Notes: generated from the sequence alone by a model not told the origin. Numbered from the stretch's first letter, positions 1 to 9,338 are shown. The stretch is 20,000 nt of DNA from an uncultured virus (IMG/VR IMGVR_UViG_3300030333_001711) (IMGVR_UViG_3300030333_001711); one strand, 5' to 3'. Numbers and translations are program-made.

Positions 1-285
1 GAAAGACTCGATACCGCAGCATCAGGAATGGTTGCTGAAGCGGGCGAGTTTATGGAACTTGTTAAAAAAATCAAATTTCAAGGTAAACCTTGGAACGATG
101 ATGTTAAAGACCACCTTGTTACAGAACTCGGAGACGTGATGTGGTATGCTGCACAAGCAGCAATGGCATTGGATGAACGTCTTGCAGAAGTAATCTTCCG
201 TAATACAGTGAAACTTGCATCTCGCTATCCAGAGGGAGAGTTTTCTATAAAACGTTCAGAGGAACGAAAGGAAGGTGACAGATAA
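1..285 (+). CDS. mazG: MazG-family nucleoside triphosphate pyrophosphohydrolase, 5'-truncated by the window edge
   Basis: Frame is open from base 1 (ERLDTAASGMVAEAGEFMELVKK...ELGDVMWY). The E-x-x-E and ELGD motifs match MazG, a common cyanophage gene. Confidence 0.88.
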   Translation, partial: ERLDTAASGMVAEAGEFMELVKKIKFQGKPWNDDVKDHLVTELGDVMWYAAQAAMALDERLAEVIFRNTVKLASRYPEGEFSIKRSEERKEGDR

Positions 286-610
286 ATCACAACAGGAAAA
301 GGAAATGACTAATTTTCCATTCTCAGATATGAAACCAAGTATAAAACTTCCAGGATTAGGAAGTTTTTATACTAAGGAAGAAGTTAAATTTTTACTTCAA
401 CAGACATTAGAACAAGCGAAGAAGATAGATGAAGAATCTATGCGTAAACATAACAGAGATGCTACTGTCATAAGTATGATATTAGGATTTACTTGCCTAG
501 CATTATTTTTAGATGGAACACTACGTCTACTAGGTATCATTCCACCATTTTTAGGAATAGATATTGACATTATAGATAAAATAGTAGAGAAAGTTAATGA
601 ACTAAGATGA
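275..610 (+). CDS. Hypothetical membrane protein
   Basis: 111 aa ORF overlapping both neighbours, with a hydrophobic stretch VISMILGFTCLALFLDGTLRLLGIIPPFLGI. The start could instead be the ATG at 305. Confidence 0.7.
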   Translation: MTDKSQQEKEMTNFPFSDMKPSIKLPGLGSFYTKEEVKFLLQQTLEQAKKIDEESMRKHNRDATVISMILGFTCLALFLDGTLRLLGIIPPFLGIDIDIIDKIVEKVNELR

Positions 611-1152
611 CAGTTTATGTCGGTAGTGGACAACCAGTATTTGAGTTTATACTACCAGATGAATGTATTGAAGAAGCAAACACTGTTATTGATGATTGGT
701 TAAAGTTAGATAAACCATCACCAGAAGCATCTAATGTTGTAGCACGTCAAACTGATTGGGATATGAAAATGCCTAAGTGCGAATCATATGTCAGTTTGTG
801 CTGTAAAATGATTGCTAACCTGATATACAATGCAGGTGGCAGAGTTTATGGTGGATTGAATGATGGAACCACAGATGTAGAATATTTTGCTAAAGATATA
901 TGGGGTGCAGATTATAAACAGGGAGACTATGTGAAACCACACTGTCATTTTCCTGCTGATTTTGCTGCTGTTGGATATTTAAAAATAGATGATGGTGCAT
1001 CACCTATAATATTTGACGGACGTAATCCATACTATGTGTCAGCAAGACAACTATTAATATTTGATGCAAAGATGCAACACGAAGTGCCAGTTACGTCAGC
1101 AGGAAGACGTTGTTTTGCTATGAATTTATATAAAAAAGCAGGTACCTTCTAA
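607..1152 (+). CDS. Putative 2OG-Fe(II) oxygenase / double-stranded beta-helix protein
   Basis: Pattern W..Y..GDY..PHxH...AAVGYL...LLIFD..MQHEV......RR.FAMN, typical of the cyanophage 2OG-Fe(II) oxygenase-like family. ATGA overlap with the upstream gene. Confidence 0.72.
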   Translation: MTVYVGSGQPVFEFILPDECIEEANTVIDDWLKLDKPSPEASNVVARQTDWDMKMPKCESYVSLCCKMIANLIYNAGGRVYGGLNDGTTDVEYFAKDIWGADYKQGDYVKPHCHFPADFAAVGYLKIDDGASPIIFDGRNPYYVSARQLLIFDAKMQHEVPVTSAGRRCFAMNLYKKAGTF

Positions 1153-1169
1153 ATAGTAAAAAAAGGTCG

Positions 1170-2069
1170 ATGGCAAGGAAACAAGATCAAGGAACTCAGT
1201 TTGAATGGTGCGTATTACATACTGCATATAGTCGTCTTACTAATCCAGAAGTTTTATCTAGTAAACAACTAAAAACTAAAGAAAAAGCATTAGAAACTTG
1301 GAATAAAACAAACAGTACAGTACAAAAAGACTCTGTAAAAGTAGTAGATAAACTTGCAAAGACCTTATCCACTAATGAAAGTTTAAAATTTTATGCCTCA
1401 TTTGAAAAGATGGAATCGGGAAGTAAATCTGATATAGTTTTTTATAAAGGTGGTAAGATATATCAATGCTCTATGAAATATGGAAATTCTTTTCAACTTA
1501 GTAGTTCAATGATAGAGACTAATGTAACTGCACTTAATGAAATATATAAAAAAATTGCTAGAGGTAAAGGTTCAAGCACAGATGGTAATACTTTGGCAAA
1601 TATCCAAGCAGTAATTAATGATGTGGAAGCATTTTTTCCAAATAAATATATGACAAAGGAAGACGTTGATTCATTAGTCAAACACAATCCAAATGCAGCA
1701 GCACTAGAAGAAAGGTTGATAGAAATTATAGGAACTAAAGGTAAGGATGGTGTCGGATCAGTCTATGATGAATTTAGATGTGCCTTTGTAGAAGAATCAA
1801 TCACAGGAAAGTTGACATTAAAAGGAAAACCTCTCCAAATAGCGACACATATACTAACAGAAAAAGGTTTGAGACCAATTACTAAGAAATTAGTACAAGA
1901 GTTTTGTGCAATAGTAAATCCAAGATTTTCTAAAAAGAAACAAGGTACATTTCCAAAGACAAGACAACTAGGGCAAGGTGTTCAAGGTCCTATAGAGAGG
2001 ATTCCTACCAGTCTACAAGGTGTCACACAATATAATCCAGTAATCAGAATAGATGTTAAACTAGGATAG
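1170..2069 (+). CDS. Hypothetical protein, possible PD-(D/E)XK-like nuclease fold
   Basis: 299 aa lysine-rich ORF containing N-terminal QFE and KSDIV...QCSMK (K-x-D...S-x-K), reminiscent of restriction-endonuclease-like folds. Preceded by the late-promoter-like CTAAATA near 1149. The function is inferred. Confidence 0.55.
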   Translation: MARKQDQGTQFEWCVLHTAYSRLTNPEVLSSKQLKTKEKALETWNKTNSTVQKDSVKVVDKLAKTLSTNESLKFYASFEKMESGSKSDIVFYKGGKIYQCSMKYGNSFQLSSSMIETNVTALNEIYKKIARGKGSSTDGNTLANIQAVINDVEAFFPNKYMTKEDVDSLVKHNPNAAALEERLIEIIGTKGKDGVGSVYDEFRCAFVEESITGKLTLKGKPLQIATHILTEKGLRPITKKLVQEFCAIVNPRFSKKKQGTFPKTRQLGQGVQGPIERIPTSLQGVTQYNPVIRIDVKLG

Positions 2070-2070
2070 T

Positions 2071-3258
2071 ATGAAAAACACTCACCTCGAACATTTAGAA
2101 GACGATATACTCAACAGTGGGTCTAATGGTGGTAGAAATGCTATCAAGATTCTAAGAGAGTTAGGTCTTATGTTAACAGAACCACATTCCAATATACGAA
2201 TCACTACCAAATGGGATGGTGCACCTGCTATTGTATGTGGACAGCATCCTACTACAGGAAAATTTTTTGTTGGAACAAAAGCAGTATTTAATAAAGGAAC
2301 ACCAAAAATTTGTAGAAGCAATAGTGATATAGACACATACTATGCAGGTCAACTAGCAGATAAACTTAAGGTTTGTTTAGAATATTTACCTAAGTTAGGT
2401 ATCAAAGGTGTACTGCAAGGTGATTTACTTTTTTATAATGATGTGGTTACTAGAAATGTAAATGGTGAATCTTGTTATGTGTTTACACCTAATACTATTA
2501 CCTATGCTGTACCTGTAAAGAGTGATATGGGTAAGAAAATTAGAACCGCAAAGATGGGTATCGTATTCCATACAAAGTATAGCGGTGGTGATGGCACAGT
2601 TAGAGATATGAAAGCATCTTTCGGTGTTAATACATCTTCTATGAAAAGTAATGACGTAGCAGTATTCTCATCTAACTTTAAAGATGCAACAGGTGCTTCT
2701 ACATTTGATAGAACTACATTATCTAAGTTTATCTCAGCAACAAACCGTGCAGAGGGTTCTCTCAAACAAGCATCACAGTTCTTAGATGTTCTAGGACAGA
2801 CAGGTAGTGGTAAGTTTTTACTATCAGAAGTCTTTAAATTATTCTTTAACAGTTATATTAAAAAGGGTGTGAAGTTTTCTAGTACAGCAGATGTATCTAA
2901 TGCTTTTGAGAAATTTTATAAAGCAACATTGCAAAAAGAAATTGATACCAAGAAAACAGAAGCGACAAAGAATAAATATAAACAGATACAACTAGATGGT
3001 CTAAAGTTTATTAAAACTAATGCACGACCGATATATATGACAGTAGCATCTTATATGAATTTAACTGAATGTAAGATGTATATTGTTCGTCAGTTATCAA
3101 AAGTAAATACTATTGGTACTTACATCAAAACTGACAATGGTTATCGTGTTACAGCACCAGAAGGTTTTGTAGCAATTAAATCTGGTTCCGCTATAAAGTT
3201 AGTTGACAGACTAGAGTTCAGTAAAACTAACTTTAATATAGAAAAGAACTGGGGTTGA
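2071..3258 (+). CDS. Conserved cyanophage protein with ATP-dependent ligase/nucleotidyltransferase-like motifs
   Basis: TTKWDGAP (motif I, KxDG), LQGDLL (motif III-like), PEGFV (motif IV) and a downstream IKLV (motif V-like lysine). Confidence 0.65.
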   Translation: MKNTHLEHLEDDILNSGSNGGRNAIKILRELGLMLTEPHSNIRITTKWDGAPAIVCGQHPTTGKFFVGTKAVFNKGTPKICRSNSDIDTYYAGQLADKLKVCLEYLPKLGIKGVLQGDLLFYNDVVTRNVNGESCYVFTPNTITYAVPVKSDMGKKIRTAKMGIVFHTKYSGGDGTVRDMKASFGVNTSSMKSNDVAVFSSNFKDATGASTFDRTTLSKFISATNRAEGSLKQASQFLDVLGQTGSGKFLLSEVFKLFFNSYIKKGVKFSSTADVSNAFEKFYKATLQKEIDTKKTEATKNKYKQIQLDGLKFIKTNARPIYMTVASYMNLTECKMYIVRQLSKVNTIGTYIKTDNGYRVTAPEGFVAIKSGSAIKLVDRLEFSKTNFNIEKNWG

Positions 3259-3269
3259 TAAATAGTATT

Positions 3270-4421
3270 ATGAAATTTAAGCAATTCCTATCAGAAGCAC
3301 GCACTGTTGCAGGAGAAGCAGCAGCGAAACGAGGTCTCCAACACGTTGGTCACGGTTACTATGCTGATCGCACAGGTAACATTGTGGCAAAATCAGAAGG
3401 TGGTGAGAGACTTGTTACAGTTTCTCGTGATGAAGCAGAACAAGCACAAGCGGGTGCTGAAGAAGGTGCTGCTGAAAATGAAGGTAATTCATCGGTAACA
3501 GATCTTGGAAACATTGCAATTACTTTTGGGAGGTTCAATCCTCCTACTGTGGGTCACGAAAAACTTTTATCCAAAGTTGCGGAGTCTTCTCAAGGAGGAG
3601 AATACAGGATTTATCCATCACGTACTGTTGATGCAAAGAAAAATCCGTTGGAACCTGCGGAGAAGATAAACTATCTTAAACAGATGTTCCCCGACCACGC
3701 AAATGCAATACAAAATGATCCTGATAAAGGAAACATTTTTAATGTATTGTCTTCTATCAATGAAGAGGGTTACAGTTCAGTAACAATGGTTGTTGGTAGT
3801 GATAGGGTAGCAGAATTTAATGACCTCCTACAAAAATATAATGGTCAAGCATATAACTTTGAAGAACTCAAGGTAGTATCTGGTGGACAAAGAGATCCTG
3901 ATGCTGAAGGTGTTGAAGGTATGTCTGCATCTAAGATGCGTGCATTTGCTGCTGAAGGAAACCTAGAAGATTTTGCTAAAGGTATCCCTGGAAAAGATGA
4001 GGGAGTAGCAAAAAGACTTATGGATGCGGTACGTAAAGGTATGGGTATCCAAGAGAAAGAGGACGTAGAGATTAAAGAACTCTGGCAGATCGCTCCTAAG
4101 TTAGATCTACAAAACTTAAGAGAAGCATACGTTCGCAAAAGTATTTTTGATATGGGAACAGTAGTTGAGCACCTAGACACTGGTGTTCAAGGTAAGATTG
4201 TTCATCGTGGAACTAACTATGCAATATTTGAAGACGGTAACGGATGGAGATTCCGTTGTTGGTTAACCTCACTAAATGAGGTAAGAGAAAAACATCATTC
4301 TGCTGATGATGGGTCAGGAAACGACTGGAAAATAGGAACCGATACCTATAGACAAGCAGTACAGGCAATGACTCCTGGGCAAAGCATAAAGAAATTTAGC
4401 GACTTCCGAAAGTCTAAATAA
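3270..4421 (+). CDS. Cytidylyltransferase-like (HxGH superfamily) nucleotidyltransferase
   Basis: FGRFNPPTVGHEKL (T/HxGH), VVGSDR and GMSASKMR motifs. ATG at 3270 is preferred because it follows GATAAATA and gives the N-terminus MKFKQFLSEA. Confidence 0.85.
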   Translation: MKFKQFLSEARTVAGEAAAKRGLQHVGHGYYADRTGNIVAKSEGGERLVTVSRDEAEQAQAGAEEGAAENEGNSSVTDLGNIAITFGRFNPPTVGHEKLLSKVAESSQGGEYRIYPSRTVDAKKNPLEPAEKINYLKQMFPDHANAIQNDPDKGNIFNVLSSINEEGYSSVTMVVGSDRVAEFNDLLQKYNGQAYNFEELKVVSGGQRDPDAEGVEGMSASKMRAFAAEGNLEDFAKGIPGKDEGVAKRLMDAVRKGMGIQEKEDVEIKELWQIAPKLDLQNLREAYVRKSIFDMGTVVEHLDTGVQGKIVHRGTNYAIFEDGNGWRFRCWLTSLNEVREKHHSADDGSGNDWKIGTDTYRQAVQAMTPGQSIKKFSDFRKSK

Positions 4422-4442
4422 TATCATAGGATAATTAATCAA

Positions 4443-6278
4443 ATGGACCTTAAAACAGCGACAAAACTATTGAAGTATAGTCCTTCAGACGTACAACGTG
4501 TCAGATATGTCGTAGAGTATGCTAATCATAACACCGATAACCCTAGTGAGTATATCGATGTGCATACACACAGCACTGCACAAAAAGAAATAGCACAGAT
4601 TTTTGTAGAGACAGCAAACGCAGCGACACTTAATATGAAACCAAGTGATGCTTCTCCAAAGATTGATACTGTTAAGGAAAAGGAGACTACTGTAGATCCA
4701 CAGTGCGAGAATCAGAAAACTATAAAAGCAAAACCATCAGAAGCATCTGCTAAGACAGAAGAGGTAGAGCATATAGAGGAGAAGAAAGGTCTTTATGCTA
4801 ACATCCACGCTAAGAGAGCAAGAGGTGAATCACCTGCAAAACCTGGTGATGAAGACTATCCTGCAAAAGATGCTTTCAAGAAAGCAGCAAAGACTGCTAA
4901 AGAAGAGGTTGAGCATCTTGATGAGTTGAGTAACAAAACTCTAGGTGGTTACGTTGCTAAAGCATCGAAAGAAGTTGAAGGACATATGAAATACAAAGGC
5001 GATAACCCTGATGTTAAAAAAATAAAAGATAAACAAATTAAAAAGAGAGTAGGTGGTATGGCAAAAGCAGGTGCTAAGATGGCAGAAGCATACGCTGCTG
5101 TATATGAAAAGTATGACAATAGATACTCTGATAACACAGGTGAAGAGTCAGCAAAAAAGAAAGCAGCACTTGAAAAGAAAAGAGGAATGAAGTTAGACAA
5201 TCATCCTCAGTTTAAGAGAGAAGAGGTGGAGCATATTGAAGAGAAGGATACATCAGTAATGAAAAAGTATCTTGATGATAAAGCAAAGAAGTTAACAAAA
5301 CAAAGAGACGCACAACCTGATCGTTATAAAAACAATCCTGCTTTTGATAGTACTTCACCTAATCCAAAGTACGAGGGAGTATTGCATAGGGTAAAAGAAG
5401 CAGTTGGTAATTATAATGAAGAACTCAAGATGACTAAGAAGGAATATGATAAGATTCATAAAGACTTCAAGTCAGATGATCCTAAGAATCCTAGAACTAC
5501 AAAGTACGTTCCAGGAAAAGGAACTGTATCAATGCCTGTTAAGTTTGTAGAGCATCATCAAAAGGATAAAGATGGTAAGGTAATCGAACACGAAGATACC
5601 ACACCAGTATCTGTAGAGGAAGGTCTAAAGCAAGCACGTAAGAACGTGGGAGCATCTAAGTGTTGGGATGGAAAGAAGATTGGCAGTCCTCCAACTAAAA
5701 TGAAAGGTGGAAAAGAAGTTCCTAATTGTGTTCCAGAAGAAATAATTAAGTCAACTAAATTTGTTATTTCTGAAACTCCAAAGGGAGATATGGGAAAAGA
5801 CAGAGCGACTAAAGTAAAAGATAGAATAGCACGTAATTATGGTGGATCAGGAACTTACGGTGCAAAGTATAATGCTGATGCTCGTAAACATAACCACGAG
5901 GCAGAAAGAGGTGTCAAGAAGAAGAAAGGTCACGTTATGAATAGACCCAATTCGTATCATCCCTATAATGATAGAAGACAAGGTGGATCTCATTGGTACA
6001 ATCAAGGTCAAGGTTTAGCGGGTACAAAGAAACACGGTAAGTCTGACTACGATGAACCTTCAAGAAAGAAGGTCAAAAAAGAAAATTATTCTTGGAGAGA
6101 AAGAATGAATTTTGAAGAAGGGATGGCAACTCCTGAGTCAGGGACTGGTAAGTATTACAATGAGAAGAAACCAACCGCTATGCAGTTGGCGAAGAGAGAG
6201 AAGATGAAGAAGGTCAAGGCATTGACCAACCAAGGAAAGCACAAAGAAGCAAATGATCTCTATAACCAGAAAGATTAA
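4443..6278 (+). CDS. Large basic modular protein, probable internal head protein processed by the prohead protease
   Basis: 611 aa, K/E-rich, with short basic modules separated by EE-containing linkers (EEVEHIEE, EEVEHLDE, VEE, PEE, FEE). Preceded by CTAAATA near 4413. The function is inferred. Confidence 0.6.
   Translation: MDLKTATKLLKYSPSDVQRVRYVVEYANHNTDNPSEYIDVHTHSTAQKEIAQIFVETANAATLNMKPSDASPKIDTVKEKETTVDPQCENQKTIKAKPSEASAKTEEVEHIEEKKGLYANIHAKRARGESPAKPGDEDYPAKDAFKKAAKTAKEEVEHLDELSNKTLGGYVAKASKEVEGHMKYKGDNPDVKKIKDKQIKKRVGGMAKAGAKMAEAYAAVYEKYDNRYSDNTGEESAKKKAALEKKRGMKLDNHPQFKREEVEHIEEKDTSVMKKYLDDKAKKLTKQRDAQPDRYKNNPAFDSTSPNPKYEGVLHRVKEAVGNYNEELKMTKKEYDKIHKDFKSDDPKNPRTTKYVPGKGTVSMPVKFVEHHQKDKDGKVIEHEDTTPVSVEEGLKQARKNVGASKCWDGKKIGSPPTKMKGGKEVPNCVPEEIIKSTKFVISETPKGDMGKDRATKVKDRIARNYGGSGTYGAKYNADARKHNHEAERGVKKKKGHVMNRPNSYHPYNDRRQGGSHWYNQGQGLAGTKKHGKSDYDEPSRKKVKKENYSWRERMNFEEGMATPESGTGKYYNEKKPTAMQLAKREKMKKVKALTNQGKHKEANDLYNQKD
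4758..5243 (+). repeat. Three dispersed 24-bp coding repeats (EEVEH[I/L][E/D]E) at 4758-4781, 4902-4925 and 5220-5243
   Basis: gaagaggtagagcatatagaggag / gaagaggttgagcatcttgatgag / gaagaggtggagcatattgaagag. Confidence 0.85.
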
Positions 6279-6286
6279 TAAATAAA

Positions 6287-6742
6287 ATGGAACTCTCTGA
6301 AAAAAAATCTAAGATTTTAGTAAACCCAAAGAAATCTGATCTAATGAAAGAATCTATTCGCGAAATGCTTCGTCTTGAAGTACAAAACTTACAAGAGAAA
6401 GCAAAGAAAAAACTTGATCCTGTAGGAACAGAGGACAAGGACATCGACAACGACGGTGATCACGACAAAGATGATAAGTATCTTCTTAACAGAAGAAAGA
6501 CTATATCAAAAGCAATGGGTAAGAAGACTCATATCTGTGCAAAGATGGCAGAGCACGCTGAGTATGGTCTTGTAACTACTATCCCAGAGCATCACACTCT
6601 AGTTGAGATGGAAGAACCAGATGATCAGGGTAACACTCACTACGTATCACACTATGACATCGTAGACAAGGGTGGAAGAATCTATGAGAACGTAGCAGTA
6701 GAAGATTTAGAAGTATTAGTATCTGAAGCACATAATCATTGA
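6287..6742 (+). CDS. Hypothetical protein with a Dx[DN]xDG calcium-binding-like loop
   Basis: 151 aa ORF containing DIDNDGDHDKDD at 6440-6475. Preceded by AATAAATA. Confidence 0.7.
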   Translation: MELSEKKSKILVNPKKSDLMKESIREMLRLEVQNLQEKAKKKLDPVGTEDKDIDNDGDHDKDDKYLLNRRKTISKAMGKKTHICAKMAEHAEYGLVTTIPEHHTLVEMEEPDDQGNTHYVSHYDIVDKGGRIYENVAVEDLEVLVSEAHNH

Positions 6743-6778
6743 TGTATATATAGGGTAGGTACCTTATTCTTTATTAAA

Positions 6779-6985
6779 ATGATTGGTTCAGTTTCAAGTT
6801 TTCTCTTACCTTTTGCAAAGAGTATTATAGAGAAAGCAATCGCTAAAATCCCTGATGATGCAGAACTCGGTGATAAACTCATCGACATCTGTTTAGTCAT
6901 CATAGGTAAAGCAGTCAAAATGACTAAAACAGAAGCAGATGATAAGTTGTTTGAGCAAGTCTCAGCAGCAATCAAAGCAAGATAA
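6779..6985 (+). CDS. Small hypothetical protein (amphipathic helical)
   Basis: 68 aa ORF followed directly by a terminator hairpin. Confidence 0.75.
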   Translation: MIGSVSSFLLPFAKSIIEKAIAKIPDDAELGDKLIDICLVIIGKAVKMTKTEADDKLFEQVSAAIKAR

Positions 6986-6988
6986 ACG

Positions 6989-7012
6989 AAGGAGGGTACA
7001 CCCCTCCTTTTT
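6989..7012 (+). terminator. Rho-independent terminator
   Basis: AAGGAGGG-tacac-CCCTCCTT followed by a T-run. Confidence 0.8.
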
Positions 7013-7014
7013 AT

Positions 7015-7022
7015 TATAAATA
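7015..7022 (+). promoter_or_regulatory. T4-like late promoter (TATAAATA)
   Basis: Exact gp55-type consensus between the terminator and a structural gene that has a GGAG RBS. Confidence 0.8.
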
Positions 7023-7058
7023 AATAATAGGAAACACAATGTTCTTGGAGAATAACTA

Positions 7059-7847
7059 ATGGCGATCTATGGTAAGATTGACGCTGCTGCATTTACACAG
7101 AACATTAGCGTCACTAATGGCGACGCTACTGTAACAAAAAATGCTGCTGATAGCGTAGTCCCAGGTGACGTACTAGAAATTTCTAGCGTTGCATATATTG
7201 TTAAACAGGTAACTAGCACTACTGCTATAGAGTTACACAAAGCATATGCAGGATCAACTGCAACAGTTACTGCATCAAGCGTAATTAAAAGAACTCCACC
7301 AAAAGCGGTTGCAGAGTATGTAATCAAAGGTGGAGATAGTATCACTGACTATCAATTAGTATTTGTAGATACAACAGAAGATGGAATTGCATCTAACAAG
7401 TCTCGTGGTATAGACGGACCAGGATGGTGGTTGTATAGAACATACAATACAGCACAAGGAACCACACGTCATAAGGCAGAGAAACTTGCTGCACTAAGAG
7501 TAGCAGTAGGAACATCAGGTGATATGGCAGACGAGACAGTAGTAGCAGACGTACTTGAAACTATTACTATCGGTACACAACCTTCTAACCAGACCTCATC
7601 TAGTGGTGCTGCAACATTCACAGTTGCTGCAACTGTTGATCAGTCAGGTACAATCACATATCAGTGGCAGAAGAGAACTGCTAGTGGTACTAGATTTGCT
7701 GACGTAAGTGGTGCTACAAGTGCATCTCTTGTATTGTCTGGACAACTTGCTGCTAATGATGGTGACTCATACAGAGTTAAACTTAACAGTAGCAAAGGTG
7801 CTAAAGAGGTAGTAAGTTCTATCGCAACTCTATCATTTGGTAGTTAA
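7059..7847 (+). CDS. Virion structural protein with a C-terminal Ig-like domain
   Basis: T/S/A-rich beta composition. The C-terminal ITIGTQP...ATFTV...TYQWQK...DGDSYRV...ATL matches the Ig-like pattern of phage surface proteins. Late promoter and GGAG RBS upstream. Confidence 0.75.
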   Translation: MAIYGKIDAAAFTQNISVTNGDATVTKNAADSVVPGDVLEISSVAYIVKQVTSTTAIELHKAYAGSTATVTASSVIKRTPPKAVAEYVIKGGDSITDYQLVFVDTTEDGIASNKSRGIDGPGWWLYRTYNTAQGTTRHKAEKLAALRVAVGTSGDMADETVVADVLETITIGTQPSNQTSSSGAATFTVAATVDQSGTITYQWQKRTASGTRFADVSGATSASLVLSGQLAANDGDSYRVKLNSSKGAKEVVSSIATLSFGS

Positions 7848-7864
7848 TTAAATTATAATTCGTT

Positions 7865-8239
7865 ATGAATTTTTCAGTGTTAACGAACGACAACTATATG
7901 TTGTTCGCTATGAAGCATTATGACAATCCCCAGTCTGTAACTTACGATGACTTTCAAGAAGATATGATGAGGTTTAAGTATCTCAAACGTCTTTTTGGTA
8001 GGTATGTTAAGTCTGGGGTATTGCGTAATCATTTGATCTTAAACCATTTGATTGTATTGTTCAATGTATTTGGTGAAGCAGCGATACCCTTATTGGTTTT
8101 TAAAATCGAGATGGAGTATTGGTCTATTATGAAATCCTATCTATTATATTTGAATAGATTAGATCCCGAAGGTGGCAATGGTATTCTCGATGAGATAGTC
8201 ATTGACGCTGAAGTTACGTCACAGTTGAGTAAACTCTAA
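7865..8239 (+). CDS. Conserved T4-like cyanophage hypothetical protein
   Basis: LFAMKHYDNPQ...RFKYLKRL...LILNHLIVLFNVFG resembles a family recalled to lie upstream of primase in T4-like marine phages. Confidence 0.8.
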   Translation: MNFSVLTNDNYMLFAMKHYDNPQSVTYDDFQEDMMRFKYLKRLFGRYVKSGVLRNHLILNHLIVLFNVFGEAAIPLLVFKIEMEYWSIMKSYLLYLNRLDPEGGNGILDEIVIDAEVTSQLSKL

Positions 8240-8946
8240 TGCCCGCAGTATCAGTAGCACAACGTAGATTTATGGGGATGGTCAGAGCAGTCCAGAAGGG
8301 CGAGATGTCTGCACCATCGAAAGAGATTGCGTCTGCTGCTAAAGGTATGAAAAAGACTGATGTAAAGAAGTTCGCCTCTACTAAAGAGAAAGAACTACCT
8401 ATGGTGAAAGAATATATGATTGGGTATGGTGCTGTTGTATCGTCAGCAAGACCTGGATCTACCAGTCATAGTGATGCGAAAGGAAAGTATGTTGCTAAGA
8501 CAGCGAAGAAAAAGAAAACTGTCAAAGAAGAAGGTGCTCCTACTATGAGCACAGGTTCTACTGCACAAGCAGCGGGATTCTCTGGTGACTCTGATCCTAA
8601 TGGTCCTACAGCAGGACTAGATGAACCTTTAGGTGGTGTTGGTAGACCAGTTAAAGGTAGAAGGTTTAAATGTAAAACCAAAAAGAATGGAACCATCAAG
8701 TGTGGTCCTTCTACTACTAAAGAAAGTTATACTAGAAATGAGGGGAGATACTTTCCTTTCAAAGTAGAGTTCACTGAGTTTGAAGGAGAGACAGACTTTG
8801 TATTCTATGGTCGTAGTGTCTCTGATGTAAAAATACGTTTGAGGTCTATATACAGACCAGAAAAATTTGACAAGATAAAAATCACCCGTCTAACACCTTC
8901 TACTGTGTTAAAATATTACTGGGATAAGCGTCAAGGAGCAATGTAG
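8239..8946 (+). CDS. Hypothetical basic modular protein (MPAVSVAQRRFMGMV N-terminus)
   Basis: TAATG coupling to the upstream gene. Basic modules are separated by KE/KEE/KES linkers. Confidence 0.75.
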   Translation: MPAVSVAQRRFMGMVRAVQKGEMSAPSKEIASAAKGMKKTDVKKFASTKEKELPMVKEYMIGYGAVVSSARPGSTSHSDAKGKYVAKTAKKKKTVKEEGAPTMSTGSTAQAAGFSGDSDPNGPTAGLDEPLGGVGRPVKGRRFKCKTKKNGTIKCGPSTTKESYTRNEGRYFPFKVEFTEFEGETDFVFYGRSVSDVKIRLRSIYRPEKFDKIKITRLTPSTVLKYYWDKRQGAM

Positions 8947-9326
8947 TGTCTGATATTAATTCAGCGATAATAGAAAGACTAGAAAAAGTTGTAGATACCC
9001 TTCAAGAGAACTCTGTAAAGATGGGTCAACTGCTTGCGGTTCATAATGAGAAGTTAGATAAGCAAGATAAGATTGATCAAGTTCTATTCGAGAAGGTAGA
9101 TAGACTACACGCTGATGTAACCAGAGAAACAAATGCTATTAAGAAAGGATGTGAGAGAGATATAAGAAAAGTAGATGATAGACTCAGGTTGATGGAGAAA
9201 AAGATGTGGAGTATCTTTGGTGCTCTTAGTATTATCTCTTTCCTTGTAAGTCCAGTTGGACAGAAAGTGATACAACCTATGTTGACATCACAAACAAATA
9301 CGAGTATGATAGAAATCGTTCCATAA
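8946..9326 (+). CDS. Coiled-coil protein with a C-terminal transmembrane segment
   Basis: GTG start overlapping the upstream stop. A heptad-like body is followed by the hydrophobic segment MWSIFGALSIISFLV. Confidence 0.7.
   Translation: MSDINSAIIERLEKVVDTLQENSVKMGQLLAVHNEKLDKQDKIDQVLFEKVDRLHADVTRETNAIKKGCERDIRKVDDRLRLMEKKMWSIFGALSIISFLVSPVGQKVIQPMLTSQTNTSMIEIVP
9282..9310 (+). promoter_or_regulatory. Sigma70-type (early) promoter for the primase/nrd operon
   Basis: TTGACA (9282-9287), 17 bp spacer, TATGAT (9305-9310). Confidence 0.7.
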
Positions 9327-9338
9327 GAAACTTTTATA

